Shown here piece after piece: positions 9,964 to 21,475 of a DNA stretch of 64,000 nt; positions within the stretch are counted from its first letter, which is position 1, and each line of letters opens with the position of its first letter. A program made the translations under genes and the position numbers. This stretch comes from an uncultured Verrucomicrobiae bacterium. Lineage in GTDB: Bacteria > Verrucomicrobiota > Verrucomicrobiia > Opitutales > JABDGR01. The notes under the pieces were generated by a model. It was not told the DNA's origin. It searched no databases and saw only the letters and a program-made list of their open reading frames with translations. The DNA is taken from the NCBI GenBank assembly GCA_963765205.1, contig CAVXVB010000002.1, positions 198,038 to 262,037 of the forward strand. Direction: 5' to 3'.

Positions 9964-10250
9964 GGTGGATGGTTTTCTACGAGTGGAGCGGTCGGACGCA
10001 AATTTGGGGCAGGCTGGCAACGGCGAACCGATGTACAACCCGCCCAAGCAAACCGTATTTTACGGCACAGGTTGACAATGCCCGAAAACGCCCGCGCGGG
10101 CTATGGGGTGTAACCCTTCTTAAGCGCAGCTCTGCCGAGGGATTCTCTGCTCGCGGCGGATCCCCTCAGCCGCGAGTCGCGCGATGGTCTGGCCGCCGGA
10201 AAACGCAAGAACGAAGCATCAATTATTACTCGCCAGATCCAGACGCAGTT

Positions 10251-10310
10251 TCGTAGCGCCGCGGTTCGCTCGAATCGCAAAGAAGCGCTGGCTGAAGCTC
10301 AGTGCTACGA
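10251..10310. repeat. Intergenic imperfect palindrome, GTAG-type REP-like
   Basis: TCGTAGCGC (10251) pairs with GTGCTACGA (ends 10310). Confidence 0.35.
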
Positions 10311-10397
10311 TACAAGCAATTTTTCAAAACAAACCACCGTGGCACCCTTTGGAGAAGATGCCATTCATAATCCGCCGGGCGGTCCCGCCACCGTGAT

Positions 10398-11795
10398 TTA
10401 GGTCAGGGACAATTTGCCGGTGCTGTCACCGAGCTGGTCATCCGAGGCGCCCACATGGTCGAGCATGGAGAGCCAGAGGTTGTTGATGGGCGCGCCTGCG
10501 GCATCCATGTGGCGGCCGGTCTTGATGGCATTACCGCCGGCTTTGCCAAGCAGGATCAGCGGCAGGTCATCGTGGTTGTGGCGGTTGCCGTCACTGATGG
10601 CGCCACCGTAGGAGATGAGCGAGTTGTCGAGCAGCGAGCCGTTGCCTTCCTTGATCGAGTCCAGCTTGTCCAGCATATAAACGAACTGCTGCAAGTGGTA
10701 AGCATTGATTTTTTGCAGCAGCGCCATTTTTTCCGGGCTGCCCATGTGGTGGGAGGTGCCGTGGTGCGGAACATTGGCGCCGCCCCAGGGGTAGGACTGG
10801 TTGCTGCCTTCGTCGGCGAAGGGGAAGGTCACGATACGGGTGAGGTCGGCCTGGAAAGCCAGCACCATCATGTCAATCATCAGTTTGATATGCGTGGGGT
10901 ATTCGGTGCTCGAAGTGGAAATGCCCACCTTTTGTTCCAGACTCGAATCGTAGGCCGTCGCGGGCCGCACCGCGCCGGCCGGCAGGGGAGGGGGCGGTTC
11001 GTTGGCGGCACGTTGGAGACGGACTTCAATTTCCCGGACAGAGGTCAAATACTGGTCGAGTTTATCCCGGTCCGTGGCGGTGAGGCCTTTTTGGACGTTG
11101 TTGGCGTCATTAAGGACGAAGTCCAGAATGCTTTTGCTGTCTTTTTCGCGCAAGGCCTTGGCTTCGGGTGTTTCGCCCGGATTGCCGTTGGAGAAAAGGC
11201 GGTCAAAGACGGACTGGGGGTCCACGTCCTTGGCCAGCGGGGTGGTGGGATTGCGCCAGGCGAGATTATGCTCGTAAGCCTTGAGATAGTTGTTGTCTGT
11301 CGCCGCCTTTTTGCCGTCCTCGATCCCGATTTCCAGCGAGGGAAACTTGGTGAAATGGCCGATTTTTTGCGCGGCAATCTGGTCGGCGGAAACGCCGAGA
11401 TGCATGGGCACCGGCGGCTTCCACGGATGCACACCTGTCAGGTAAGCGGCATTGCCGCGGGCATGGTCGCCGCCCCCTTCGCCGTAGGCGTTGGCCTTGT
11501 CGCAGACGAGGTTGCTGATGACCAGCATGCGGTCGCGGTAAGCCTTCATGACGCTGAGGGTGGGCGTAAGTTCATAATCCGCGCCCAAGGTGGCGGGGGT
11601 CCAGTTCTGCATGTCAATGCCGTTAGGGACGTAGATCCAGGCCAGGCGCTTGGGGCCCGCGGCGGCCTTGGCGACGGCGGTGTCGGAGATGGCGGCAAAG
11701 GAGCGGCAGGGCAGGAGGGATTCGAGAAAGGGCAGCGCCATGGCGGTGCCCAGCCCACGCAATACTTTCCGACGGCTGATGGTGTGTGTGATCAT
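10398..11795 (-). CDS. DUF1552 family protein (Tat-like signal)
   Basis: SRRKVLRGLG..LPFLESL, YVPNG, SADQIAA, FPSLEIG, ALQADLTR-like segment, SDGNRHNHDDLP; follows a DUF1592-type gene, the usual arrangement. Confidence 0.9.
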   Translation of the reverse strand: MITHTISRRKVLRGLGTAMALPFLESLLPCRSFAAISDTAVAKAAAGPKRLAWIYVPNGIDMQNWTPATLGADYELTPTLSVMKAYRDRMLVISNLVCDKANAYGEGGGDHARGNAAYLTGVHPWKPPVPMHLGVSADQIAAQKIGHFTKFPSLEIGIEDGKKAATDNNYLKAYEHNLAWRNPTTPLAKDVDPQSVFDRLFSNGNPGETPEAKALREKDSKSILDFVLNDANNVQKGLTATDRDKLDQYLTSVREIEVRLQRAANEPPPPLPAGAVRPATAYDSSLEQKVGISTSSTEYPTHIKLMIDMMVLAFQADLTRIVTFPFADEGSNQSYPWGGANVPHHGTSHHMGSPEKMALLQKINAYHLQQFVYMLDKLDSIKEGNGSLLDNSLISYGGAISDGNRHNHDDLPLILLGKAGGNAIKTGRHMDAAGAPINNLWLSMLDHVGASDDQLGDSTGKLSLT

Positions 11796-14718
11796 GATTG
11801 GTTGTCTCCGGTTGATGATTTTTCTCCTGGTGGATTGCCGCGTCTTTGAAGGAAGGCATCGCTGTGGACGATGGCATGAATCAACGCGGAAAATTTATCA
11901 CCGTTCTTGTGCATGGTCGAGACGATATCGTTGGTGGTGCGGACGTCAAACGGCTCGACATTGCGCCCGAGGGCGTAGGTCAGCATTTTGGTGGCCAGGC
12001 AGCGGCAAAACTGATCTTTGGAGGCCAGCAGGGTTTGTTCCAATTCCTTGGCGCCGTTAAAAGTGGTTCCATCGGGCAGGTGGCCGGAGGCGTCAATGGG
12101 ATCATTATTGATGTCCTTGGTGCGCCAGGCGCCCGTGACATCAAAGTTTTCGAGGCTGAAGCCAATGGCATCCATGCGCTCATGGCAGGAGGCGCACACG
12201 GGATTGGTCCGATGTTGCTCCATTTGCTGGCGCAGCGTGCCCTTGAGTTGTTTTTCGTCGTCGAGGGCGGGAACGTTAGGGGGGGGCGGGGGGGGGCGGA
12301 GTCCAGTAGGTTCTCCAGCACCCATTTGCCGCGCTGCACCGGGGAGGTGCGCGTGTTGTAGGACGTGATGGCGAGGATGCTGGCCTGGGTGATCAGGCCG
12401 CCGCGCGGGGAGTTTTTCGGGAAGGTAACCCGTTGGAACGCATCGGTGAAATTGCCCTCCAGGCCGTAGAGCTTGGCCAGTGGCGCGTTGACAAAGCTGT
12501 AATCGGCATCAATGAAATCAAGCACGCTGCGGTCTTCATCCTTGATGCTGGAGAAAAACATCTGTGTTTCCGTCAGCATCGCCGTCTTTAGTTCAGGGGT
12601 GAAATTGGGAAATTTATCGGAGTCGGGATTGACGTCCTCCACTTTGCGCAATTGCAGCCACTGACCGGCAAAATTGTTCACGAGGGCCTCGGCCTTCGGA
12701 TCCTTGAGCATGCGCGTGACCTGCTCGTCAAGATGGGCATGCAACTGGCCTTTGGCGGCCAGGGCGAACAACTCGTCGTCGGGCATGGTGCTCCACAGGA
12801 AATAGGACAGACGGGAGGCCAGCTCGTAGTCGTTGAGGGTGTGAATGTTATTCGGCTCGCCCGGCTGCGGGTCTTGCTCAATGCGGAACAGGAAATTGGG
12901 GTTGAGCAGCACCGCTTGCAGCGCAACAGTCACGCTTTTTTCAAAAGGACGGTCGGGGGTGTCCACGGAAGTAAAGAGGCCCATGAATTTGTTCACCTCG
13001 TCATCGGTGGCGGGCCGGCGGTAGGCGCGGGTGACAAAGTTGCGGATGATTTTTTCCGCCGCCTGGGTCCTGGTCAAAGTATTGGAGGGGTGCGCGACCA
13101 TCACGCTCTGGTAGCTCTTGGGCATGCGCTCGGGCATCTCGGTGGCGTTGGTGAACTGGGGGCCTTCCACTTTGAGGCTAAGGACGCCGAGGATGGTCGC
13201 GCCGGGGACGACGGGCGTGGGCCCCGGGGGGGGGCCTCCACGACGGCCAGCACCCGCGCCGGCAAAATTTCGACCGGCGGTGCCCCGGGCACCGGCTGGA
13301 GCAGCCGATGAGGCGGCGGCGGGCGCAGCAGCCGGAGCGGCACTGGCCGCAGCATCGCTGCCACCGGCAGAGGCGGCGGGATCGGCAGCGGCAATGGCAC
13401 CGGCAGGAGCGGAGGACGAGATGGAAGCAGGCGCGGCGGAGGGTGTAGGAGCCGTTTGGTCAGCGGCCGGACTGGCCGCACTGGGGCTGGGATTAGCCGC
13501 AGCAGTTGCAGCCGCCGTCACGGCGGCATTGTAATCATCAAGTGTGGCACCATTGCGGAAAGCCAAAGTTATGCTATGCGGGCCAGCCGTGACGTGAATT
13601 TTCGGCGAGGCAACTTCCTGCGGGGCGTTCGCTACGGCCGAGACCTTCAGGGAATACCGGTCGGGATTCTGATCTGCTCCTTGGATGTTGGCATCAACCA
13701 CCGGTATATTGCCATCAAGGTAGAAGAGAACATTAGCGGTAGGCCCGGCGTTGCCACGGCCTCCGCCGTTGCCGCCACCCGCGTAGCCCTTTAGACTAAA
13801 AATGTAATCGCCCTCCACGGGAAAATTGTAATTCACATAAATGTAGCCGGATCGTTGGAAAACGCGGCCGAGTACCACGGGTGGGCCACCTCGGCCGCCG
13901 CGCCCGGCACCGGCATTCTGACCGGCATTCTGGCTGGCCGCAGCCAACGCCGCCGCTGCGGGCACGGGCGGAGCCGCCGGGGCCGGATTGGTTTTGGGAA
14001 TGTCCCCTTCGAGGGCTGTGGCGTCAAATACTTTGCTCGGGGGCGGCACCGTCGGGTCGGTGAACACGGCGGCATCCAAGGATACCTCGGCGGCTTTGAT
14101 ATATTTCTCGAACAGCACGGGTGCAATGTTCAGCGCGTCACCATTGTTGTCGAAACCATCGCCGGCGTCATCCGCCGGGAAGCTGTCCGCGGGATGCAGG
14201 TCAATGGCGAGCAAATCGCGGACGGTATTGTCGTATTCGACGCGGTTGAGGCGGTGGATGGTGACGCGGCCCGGGTCAATGGGTCCGCTGGCATAATAGC
14301 TGGTTGTGTATTTATCCATCCAGGCGACGACCGTGTGATACTCGTCTTCCGTGGGCCGCTTCTCTTCCTTGGGCGGCATTTTGCGGGTGTTAAGCATCTC
14401 CATCGCCTTCGCGATGGTGGGGACGCCTTTGGCCAGCGAGGCATCATCGTGGAACGTATCCAAGCGCACATCCCCTTCGGTGTCATCGGGGCCATGGCAT
14501 TCGTAACAATGCGCGGCCAGAAAGGGCTGAACAGTCTGCTGGAATTCCGCAAAAGTGGGGATCGCGGGTTGCGGCGGCGGGGTCTGCGCCAGCTTGGGAT
14601 TCGAGCACGCCAGCAGCACCAAGGCGGTAAGACTCGAGGCAATGCTGATCCGTTGGAAGGGCCGTTGGGAAAAGCCGGCCGGTTCCTTTGCTTGGTGGGG
14701 TTTACCAAGGTGAAACAT
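11792..14718 (-). CDS. Planctomycete-type cytochrome c / DUF1587-1592-1595-1588-1585 protein, frameshifted in a poly-C run near 12290
   Basis: CYECH, HRLNRVEYDNTVRDL, ELASRLSYFLWS, TSPVQRGKWVLENLL in one frame; PPPNVPAL..HRTNPVCASCH..KMLTYALGR continues in another frame. The junction is G8-C-G9 on the + strand (12279-12296). Confidence 0.88.
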
Positions 14719-14984
14719 AAATATCGCGACAGGGTTAACTAGGGGGCATAGGCTGGCAAACCATTAATGCAAATATTCAGATAGTTTACAAGCCTGATTG
14801 TGGTTGCTAATAGGCGTCATCCAGCCGACTAAAAAAAGCAAAAAATTTTCGACTACACCAGCGCCTTAGGCCCAACTGGTTCTGCTTCGAAAATATCTTG
14901 CGTTTCTTATCTGGCAGGATTGCGATATAGCCCACAACGGCTTCAACCCCAATAAACGGGAACAGTTTCAGTTCTTTCCACCCC

Positions 14985-17090
14985 ATGAAACATTATCTCC
15001 TCGCGGTTTTTTTGGCCGCCCCCATCGCTCTCTACCCCGTCCGGGCCTCCGCCCAGACTCCCATCGCCCCTACCCCGGTCGAACCGTCTTCGGCTCTGCA
15101 AGGCGAAGCCATTCCTGTGCCCGGCCAGCCCGCCCCGGCCGGTCGCCGGGGTGGTGGTGGCCCGACGGCGGCCGCCACCCATAGTTTCACGGCCGACGAA
15201 TTGGCGCAATTGCATGCCAAGCTGGATGAATTGAACGCCGCCATCAAGGCGCTCAAGGATGCCAAAGCCGATGATGATTTGGTGGTGGATGCCGAATCCT
15301 GCGGCTGGATTGTTGAAACCGCCTTGCGCGTCCCGAATAACTTTGGGGCCGATACCCCTGCAACTGCCAACCCTTTCAGCAAGTGCATCGCCAGTCTTGA
15401 TGCGGGCCTGCGCCGCGCCCAGCAGATTAAGGATGGCACGGCGGTGTGGCCCAAAATCACTGGCTCGGTCAAACGGGCCTATCGCTCGGTGGTGGATGGC
15501 ACAGCCCAGCCGTATGAATTGTCCATCCCGGCCTCTTATGACCCGGCCAAACCCATCGCACTTTACGTTTACCTCCACGGCATGAGCCATTATGTCCCTG
15601 ATTTGGGTTGGGATTGGACCGGGGGCAACGACCAGCCTGGCAGTCGGGGCGGCAGCAATAACTACATCAGCATGAACGTCTTCGGACGGGGCAACAACTC
15701 CTTCCGCTGGGCCGGAGAAACGGATGTCATGGAAGCCATCGCCTCCGTGCGCAAGCGCTACAATATTGACCCGGACCGCATTGTGCTGGCCGGTTTTTCG
15801 ATGGGAGGCGCGGGTTCCTGGCAAATTGGCCTGCATAACCCGGATATGTTCTGCGGGCTGGAGATTGACGCCGGCGTCATCGGCAACCGCCTGAACCTGG
15901 ATGGCCTGACCCCCGCGCAAAAAGCCGCGACGGCCACCTACGGCATTATGATTCCGCACGCCGTCAACGTGGTGGACGTTCCCCTCGTGGGCTATGCCGG
16001 GCAAAACGACGCCCAACTGGCCTCCTCGAAGAGCATCTCCGCGCAGCTCGTGCGCGAGGGTTACCACATGCAGGAGGTTTCCCCGCTTTATTCTGTGGGC
16101 ACGGACATCTTCACAGTCTGGCTGGCTTCGCCCGGCCAGGGCCATTCGCACGCCGCCCACGACAATGTGCAGGACACCCTGGGCATAATTAATAATTTCA
16201 CCAACGCCAACATGGTGCGCGGGCGCGTCAACCCGGACCACATTCGCTTCGTCACCTACACCCTGCGCTACAACCACGATTTTTGGCTCACCGTGGACGC
16301 GTTGCAACAGCAGTTTGACCAGGCTCGGGTGGATGCCACGCGCGATGCCGCCAAGGCCAATTATACGATCACGACGCAAAACATCTCGCGCCTCGTGCTC
16401 AACGAAACCGCGGCGGCCAAACAAATTACCATTGATGGCGATACCCTCGCGGTGACGTTTGCGCCCAGCATTACCCTCGCGCGCAATGCCGCCGGCCACT
16501 GGCAAACTGCCAGCGCCACCGCCGACACGGGCCTGCGCAAGCAGCACGACCTGCAAGGCCCCGTCAACGACGCGTTTTTTGACTCATTCCTCTGCGTGAC
16601 GCCCACCGGCACTCCCTTCAACGCCATTGCCGACGAACGCGGTAAACAGGAGCTGACCCGTTTCTCGGCGGCCTTCACGCGCGACTATTGCGGACTCGCC
16701 CGCACCAAGGCCGACACGGACATCACCGCCGACGACATCGCCAACAGCAACCTCGTCCTCTTCGGCGATCCCGCCAGCAATAAAATCCTCGCGAAAATCG
16801 CCGATAAACTCCCCATCAAATGGACCAAGGACAGTATTATCGTCGGCGACCAAACCTACAGCGCCGCCGACCACGTTCCTGTCCTCATTTATCCCAATCC
16901 CCTCAATCCGAAGCACTACATCGTGCTCAACACCGGCCTCATTGCCGGCGGTGGGGGTGGCGGCGGCGCACAAGGCTACGGCGACTTTGCCATCCTTCAA
17001 GTCTCCCAAGACGCCAACGGCCGCATCACCGATAAAGTTGCCCAGGACGGCGTCTTCGACGAATCCTGGAAACTGCCGTCGAAGATGTAA
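14985..17090 (+). CDS. Secreted alpha/beta hydrolase (esterase/peptidase-like)
   Basis: Signal peptide, VYLHG, GFSMGG nucleophile elbow, NLVLFGDP and YPNPLNP C-terminal module. Confidence 0.8.
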   Translation: MKHYLLAVFLAAPIALYPVRASAQTPIAPTPVEPSSALQGEAIPVPGQPAPAGRRGGGGPTAAATHSFTADELAQLHAKLDELNAAIKALKDAKADDDLVVDAESCGWIVETALRVPNNFGADTPATANPFSKCIASLDAGLRRAQQIKDGTAVWPKITGSVKRAYRSVVDGTAQPYELSIPASYDPAKPIALYVYLHGMSHYVPDLGWDWTGGNDQPGSRGGSNNYISMNVFGRGNNSFRWAGETDVMEAIASVRKRYNIDPDRIVLAGFSMGGAGSWQIGLHNPDMFCGLEIDAGVIGNRLNLDGLTPAQKAATATYGIMIPHAVNVVDVPLVGYAGQNDAQLASSKSISAQLVREGYHMQEVSPLYSVGTDIFTVWLASPGQGHSHAAHDNVQDTLGIINNFTNANMVRGRVNPDHIRFVTYTLRYNHDFWLTVDALQQQFDQARVDATRDAAKANYTITTQNISRLVLNETAAAKQITIDGDTLAVTFAPSITLARNAAGHWQTASATADTGLRKQHDLQGPVNDAFFDSFLCVTPTGTPFNAIADERGKQELTRFSAAFTRDYCGLARTKADTDITADDIANSNLVLFGDPASNKILAKIADKLPIKWTKDSIIVGDQTYSAADHVPVLIYPNPLNPKHYIVLNTGLIAGGGGGGGAQGYGDFAILQVSQDANGRITDKVAQDGVFDESWKLPSKM

Positions 17091-17172
17091 TGACAGGAAA
17101 GGTGGCACCACTCCATCGCGGCCGCCCGTCATTTACTGCGAAAGCGAAGACGGGTTCCCCTAACGTCAACCT

Positions 17173-17814
17173 ATGCCATTCCGATACAGAATTTGGCGCA
17201 CGACCCGAGTCTTTTTCGGGTTGGGCGTTTTGCTGGCCGGTGGCGGCGCGCCATTGTCGGCCGCGCCCCCTTCCGCCACGACCCCGCCGGTTGCGAATCA
17301 GCCGGCCGCAGCCCCCCCCGCAGCGCCCACACCCGCGGCCAAGCCGCCCGCCGCGACCCAGCCTGGGGTGTCGCTGTCAGCCACTCCGCCGCCTGCGACT
17401 ACTTCGTCCGCCCCCTCTCCACCTGCCATGCCTCCGCCCGCCGCAGCCGGCAGCCGGGTGCCATATTCGGAATTTGCGGATTTGCAATATTTTCTGTTAA
17501 AGGACACGAACACGGTCGTGATTGAATTTTTCGATGGCAGCGGCATCACGGTTGTCGACATCCAGTGCGAAATGCAGCCGAACGCATCCGCGCCGGTTCT
17601 CCAGGTCCGCATTTTGGGCAACAAAGTTGGCCCGGAATCGAAAAAGTTTGTCTGGGATACTGATGGCAACGCCGTTTACTACTTTGATGTCGGCGCGGTG
17701 GACAAATCAAAGTTACGCGTGGTTTACGATGACGACCAAGGCCCGCACGACGTTCCTGCGGCGGGCATTATTGACCAGCCCTTCGAACCCGAACATCCGA
17801 CCTCCACCAAGTGA
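17173..17814 (+). CDS. Hypothetical secreted protein with Pro/Ala-rich linker
   Basis: Signal-like N-terminus, low-complexity linker, globular C-terminal domain. Confidence 0.65.
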   Translation: MPFRYRIWRTTRVFFGLGVLLAGGGAPLSAAPPSATTPPVANQPAAAPPAAPTPAAKPPAATQPGVSLSATPPPATTSSAPSPPAMPPPAAAGSRVPYSEFADLQYFLLKDTNTVVIEFFDGSGITVVDIQCEMQPNASAPVLQVRILGNKVGPESKKFVWDTDGNAVYYFDVGAVDKSKLRVVYDDDQGPHDVPAAGIIDQPFEPEHPTSTK

Positions 17815-18020
17815 GGCCCTGGGTCGTGGATTTTCCTTCGCCCTCACGATTTTAGCAAGTAGTTGGTCGGTTTGAATTTACAATGCAACCTTTGAGCTGC
17901 CAGGTAGTTGGTTTTGCGCCACCCTACGGCCATCACGAGGGAAGCCGGGATGGCTGACCAGGTTTGGGAAGTTATGGAAGTTGTTGCGTTTCCAGACCCA
18001 AAGAGTGTAGAGAAAGCGTT

Positions 18021-18242
18021 ATGAGTGACAAGCCAAGCGACCTGTTTGATTATGTTTTGGGAGAACGTGCGGTTAATCATGCCCAGAAAAGCGCTTCTTT
18101 CACTCTGGCACTCCTGGCCATGGCGCTTACTGCGCTGGTGTTGATTTTTCTGCCGTCCTGGCCCGCAGTAGCCGGAGTTATGTCCATGAATGGAATGGTG
18201 GCGGTTGTTTGTTTAGCATTGGCAAAAGAAACGCGGAAATGA
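18021..18242 (+). CDS. Small hypothetical membrane protein (2 TM)
   Basis: ATG at 18021 and two hydrophobic helices. Confidence 0.5.
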   Translation: MSDKPSDLFDYVLGERAVNHAQKSASFTLALLAMALTALVLIFLPSWPAVAGVMSMNGMVAVVCLALAKETRK

Positions 18243-18424
18243 GCGGCAAGTTCGTGGGTTCGGCAAGACCAACAACCGCAAACCCCGGGTAAATTGGATG
18301 ACTTGGTTTCAAACTGACTCACTACCTTTACTCTTGAGTTTTAGACCGCCACCGGGAAACATTCCGTTGGCTTAACCAGCATCTCGTTTGAGACCCGCTG
18401 GTAAAGTTTACCCCTGTATTACCC

Positions 18425-19633
18425 ATGAAAATACTACCCCTTGCCCTATCCTTTTCGGCTCTCTTAGTTGCCCCGCTCGCCGGCTTTGCCGCCGACGCCA
18501 CGGCCACTCCTGCGGATGCCACCCCGTCGGCGGTCAGTGCGCCCGCTGCGGTCTCTACAACTTCTGCGGCCTCCGCGGCCGCAACCCCGGCCGCCAGCGG
18601 TGCAGCCCCGCGCGCGGGCGGCCCGCGGGGTCGCGGCGCACCGGCCGCAGCCCCGGTGGCTTTTACGGGGACGCCGGCCACGGGCGCGATCTGGATGCCG
18701 TCGCCGAACCCCAATGCCATTGGCAAGTATCCCTATGGACCGGACTCGGTGGTGCATGACGGTGTGCCGCAGGGGACGTTCGATAAATATGTCAACACGA
18801 GTAAAATCGTCTATCCGGGGGTCATGCGCCGCGTGTGGGTTTATGTGCCCGCGCAATACGACCCGAAGGTGCCCGCATGCCTGATGGTGGTGCAGGACGG
18901 GGTTATGCAGTATGCGGGGCGCGTGGCGGACCGCACGATGGGCATCACGCCGGAATATTGCGTGCCCACGGTGATTGACAACCTGACCGCCCGCCATGAA
19001 TTGCCCGTCATTATTTCCGTGTTCATTGACTCGGGCAGCACAACCCTGGGGGACACGGGCCGGCCCGTGAAGCAGAACCGCAGCATCGAATACGACACGG
19101 TTTCCGACGCCTATTACCAATTCATCAGCCAGGAGATTTTGCCCGATATCGAAAAGAAATACAACATCCGCAAAGACCCCGCGGGCCGGGCCATCATCGG
19201 CATCAGCTCCGGCGCGATCTGCGCGTTCAACGTCGCCTGGAACCACCCGGACCAATTCGGCAAGGTGCTCAGCGACGTGGGCAGCTTCACCAACATTCGT
19301 GGGGGGGACGTTTTCCCGAGCCTCGTACAGGCCGCCGACAAGAAGCCCATCAAAGTGTTTATGTCGGATGGGACGAACGACCAGCGCCGCCCGACCGATC
19401 CGACGCGCGACTGGTATTTGCAAAACAAGCTGATGTATGAGGCCCTGCGCGACAAGGGCTACGAGGTGCGCTACGTGCTCGGCGAAAATGTCCACGGCAG
19501 CGACCTCGGCGGGCCGATTTTTCCGGACTCCGTGCGTTGGCTCTGGAGCGACCAGTTGCCGAAGGCTGCGATCCCGGTGGCCCAACCAGCGGCCGGCAGT
19601 GCGACTACAGCGGCGGTCGCGCCGGCCAAGTAG
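18425..19633 (+). CDS. Secreted esterase, enterochelin esterase (Fes)-like alpha/beta hydrolase
   Basis: Signal peptide, VWVYVPAQY, QDG, NRSIEYD, GISSGA nucleophile motif, GSFTNIRG. Confidence 0.85.
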   Translation: MKILPLALSFSALLVAPLAGFAADATATPADATPSAVSAPAAVSTTSAASAAATPAASGAAPRAGGPRGRGAPAAAPVAFTGTPATGAIWMPSPNPNAIGKYPYGPDSVVHDGVPQGTFDKYVNTSKIVYPGVMRRVWVYVPAQYDPKVPACLMVVQDGVMQYAGRVADRTMGITPEYCVPTVIDNLTARHELPVIISVFIDSGSTTLGDTGRPVKQNRSIEYDTVSDAYYQFISQEILPDIEKKYNIRKDPAGRAIIGISSGAICAFNVAWNHPDQFGKVLSDVGSFTNIRGGDVFPSLVQAADKKPIKVFMSDGTNDQRRPTDPTRDWYLQNKLMYEALRDKGYEVRYVLGENVHGSDLGGPIFPDSVRWLWSDQLPKAAIPVAQPAAGSATTAAVAPAK

Positions 19634-19678
19634 GTTGGCGGAAATATTGGCGGGACGCTTCCTTCAGAGCGCGGGCTA

Positions 19679-20680
19679 GAGCATTTTCAAAAATAGTGTA
19701 GCCATTTTTAGAAAGGTGTGTTATATTGCGGGCGCATGAAAACCATCTCGCTGGATTTACGGGAACGCATCCTGGCCGCGTATGACGCGGACGAGGGCAC
19801 GCGGGAGGAGGTGGCTTGGCGCTTCCGGGTTTCCCTGGGGCTGGTCAAGAAGCTGCTCCAGCAGCGCCGCCGCCTCGGCGACCTGCGCCCCCAGCGCCAC
19901 CGCAGCGGGCGCAAGCCGCGCCTGCGCGAACAACACCGTCAGCGCCTGCGCCGGCTGGTCGCCGAGAAGCCTGACCGCACCTTGCGCGAATTGCGGGAGG
20001 CGTTGGGCCTGGACTGCGCGCTGCCGACGATTCATTATGCCCTGGCCACGCTGGGCCTGACCTATAAAAAAAACGCTGCGCGCCGCCGAGCAAGACCGGC
20101 CCGACCTCGCCCGGCGGCGGCGGCGCTGGCGGCGCCGGCAAGGCGGCTGGGACCCCGCGCGGCTCGTTTTCCTCGATGAAGCCGGCGGCCAAAACCAATA
20201 TGACGCGCCTGCGCGGCCGCGCCCCCCGCGGCCAGCGGCTGCGGGCCAAATGTCCGCACGGGCACTGGCGCACCACCACGATGCTCTCCTCCATCCGGCT
20301 GGACGGTTCGACCGCCTGCCTGACCATCGAGGCGGCCACCGACACGGACGTCTTCCGCGCCTATGTGCGCGCAGTGCTTGCGCCCACCCTGCGCCCCGGC
20401 GATGTGGTGATCATGGACAACCTCAGCCCGCACAAAAACGACCACACCCGCACGCTGATCCGCGCCGCCGGCGCGAGCATCGAGTTCCTGCCCGCCTACT
20501 CGCCCGACCTCAACCCCATCGAAATGATGTGGAGCAAAGTCAAATCCCTGCTGCGCGCCGCCGAGGCCCGCACCGCGCCCGAACTGCTCACCGCCATCGG
20601 CGCGGCCCTGCGCCAGGTCACCGCCCAGGATGCCGCCCATTGGTTGGCCCATTGTGGCTACAGCTTTATCTAAAATGCTC
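19679..20680 (+). mobile_element. IS630-family insertion sequence
   Basis: TA on both sides (19677-78 and 20681-82). Imperfect terminal IRs: GAGCATTTT-CAAAAATAG-TGTAGCCA (left) and GAGCATTTT-AGATAAAGC-TGTAGCCA (right, reverse complement). Confidence 0.93.
19736..20673 (+). pseudogene. IS630 transposase split over three frames
   Basis: HTH part MKTISLDLRERI..TYKK; A8 run at 20066-20073; next frame reads TLRAAEQDRPD..LVFLDE; a second shift near 20185 leads into AKTNMTR..MDNL..LPAYSPDLNPIE. Confidence 0.85.
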
Positions 20681-20692
20681 TAAAGCACCGCG

Positions 20693-21385
20693 CTAGGGAT
20701 TGATCTCCAACCCGCCAGCATTTTTGGCGTCGCCCAGGATTTCCAAATGGACATTTCGCAGTCGAGTGCCGGCGACGAGGCCGATTTCGTTGCTTCCGTT
20801 GGTGTCGAGCGGGCCGCGAATTTCGCCCGTGTAATCGCCGAAGGTAAAGGTGATGTTTTCCGCGGTGGCCACCAGGGAAAACGGGATCCACTGGTGCAAG
20901 GGCGACGGCGGTAGCTGGGCCAGGTGAACAATGCCCATTTGTGCCAGCCCGCCGAGGAGCCGCCGCTTGTCGCGCAGCAAGCGCGAGTCCACTTGATACC
21001 GGTGCAAGCCGTCAACCTGTCGGAGAAACAAGCCCAACCCATCCGGGCGATCCGTGGGGAATTTCTCCGTCGGCGATGGTCCGTCGAGCCAAACTTCGCC
21101 ATTCAACATAAATGATTTGTTCTCCGTCTGATTCAGTTTGATGATCAAATCCTTGGGCGCGACGTAAACGCCCGCCTCCGGGCTGACGGGCTGGGGCGTA
21201 ATGGAGGGCTGGTTTCCTTTCACTGGCCCGATGGCCGGCGGCGGCGGGGTGGCGGGCAGGTTGCTGGGCCGGGGAAGAAGCTCGAAGGGCCAGTTTGCGT
21301 CACCGACGGCACGCAAGTTGGGAGCGGCCAGCGCCGTCCCGGCACCCATCACGAACACAAGCAAGAAGGCGGATTGGCGGGGCAT
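20693..21385 (-). CDS. Hypothetical secreted protein
   Basis: Signal peptide MPRQSAFLLVFVMGAGTALA, long ORF. Confidence 0.6.
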   Translation of the reverse strand: MPRQSAFLLVFVMGAGTALAAPNLRAVGDANWPFELLPRPSNLPATPPPPAIGPVKGNQPSITPQPVSPEAGVYVAPKDLIIKLNQTENKSFMLNGEVWLDGPSPTEKFPTDRPDGLGLFLRQVDGLHRYQVDSRLLRDKRRLLGGLAQMGIVHLAQLPPSPLHQWIPFSLVATAENITFTFGDYTGEIRGPLDTNGSNEIGLVAGTRLRNVHLEILGDAKNAGGLEINP

Positions 21386-21475
21386 GGCAAAAATCCTTCC
21401 ATCTTCCAAAAGGTGGCGACGCAAATTTACTTTTCAGCGGCCCAAAACGCAAGGCAAAGAGCTCGGGCACAGCCT

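Noticed and set aside
10130..10250. Possible riboswitch upstream of the PAS kinase (CTCGCGGC..GCCGCGAG hairpin)
   Set aside because: No conserved aptamer motif recognised; an Infernal/Rfam scan would be needed.
13200..13540. Ala/Pro/Gly-rich stretches as DNA repeat elements
   Set aside because: Low-complexity protein linkers within coding frames, not discrete repeats.
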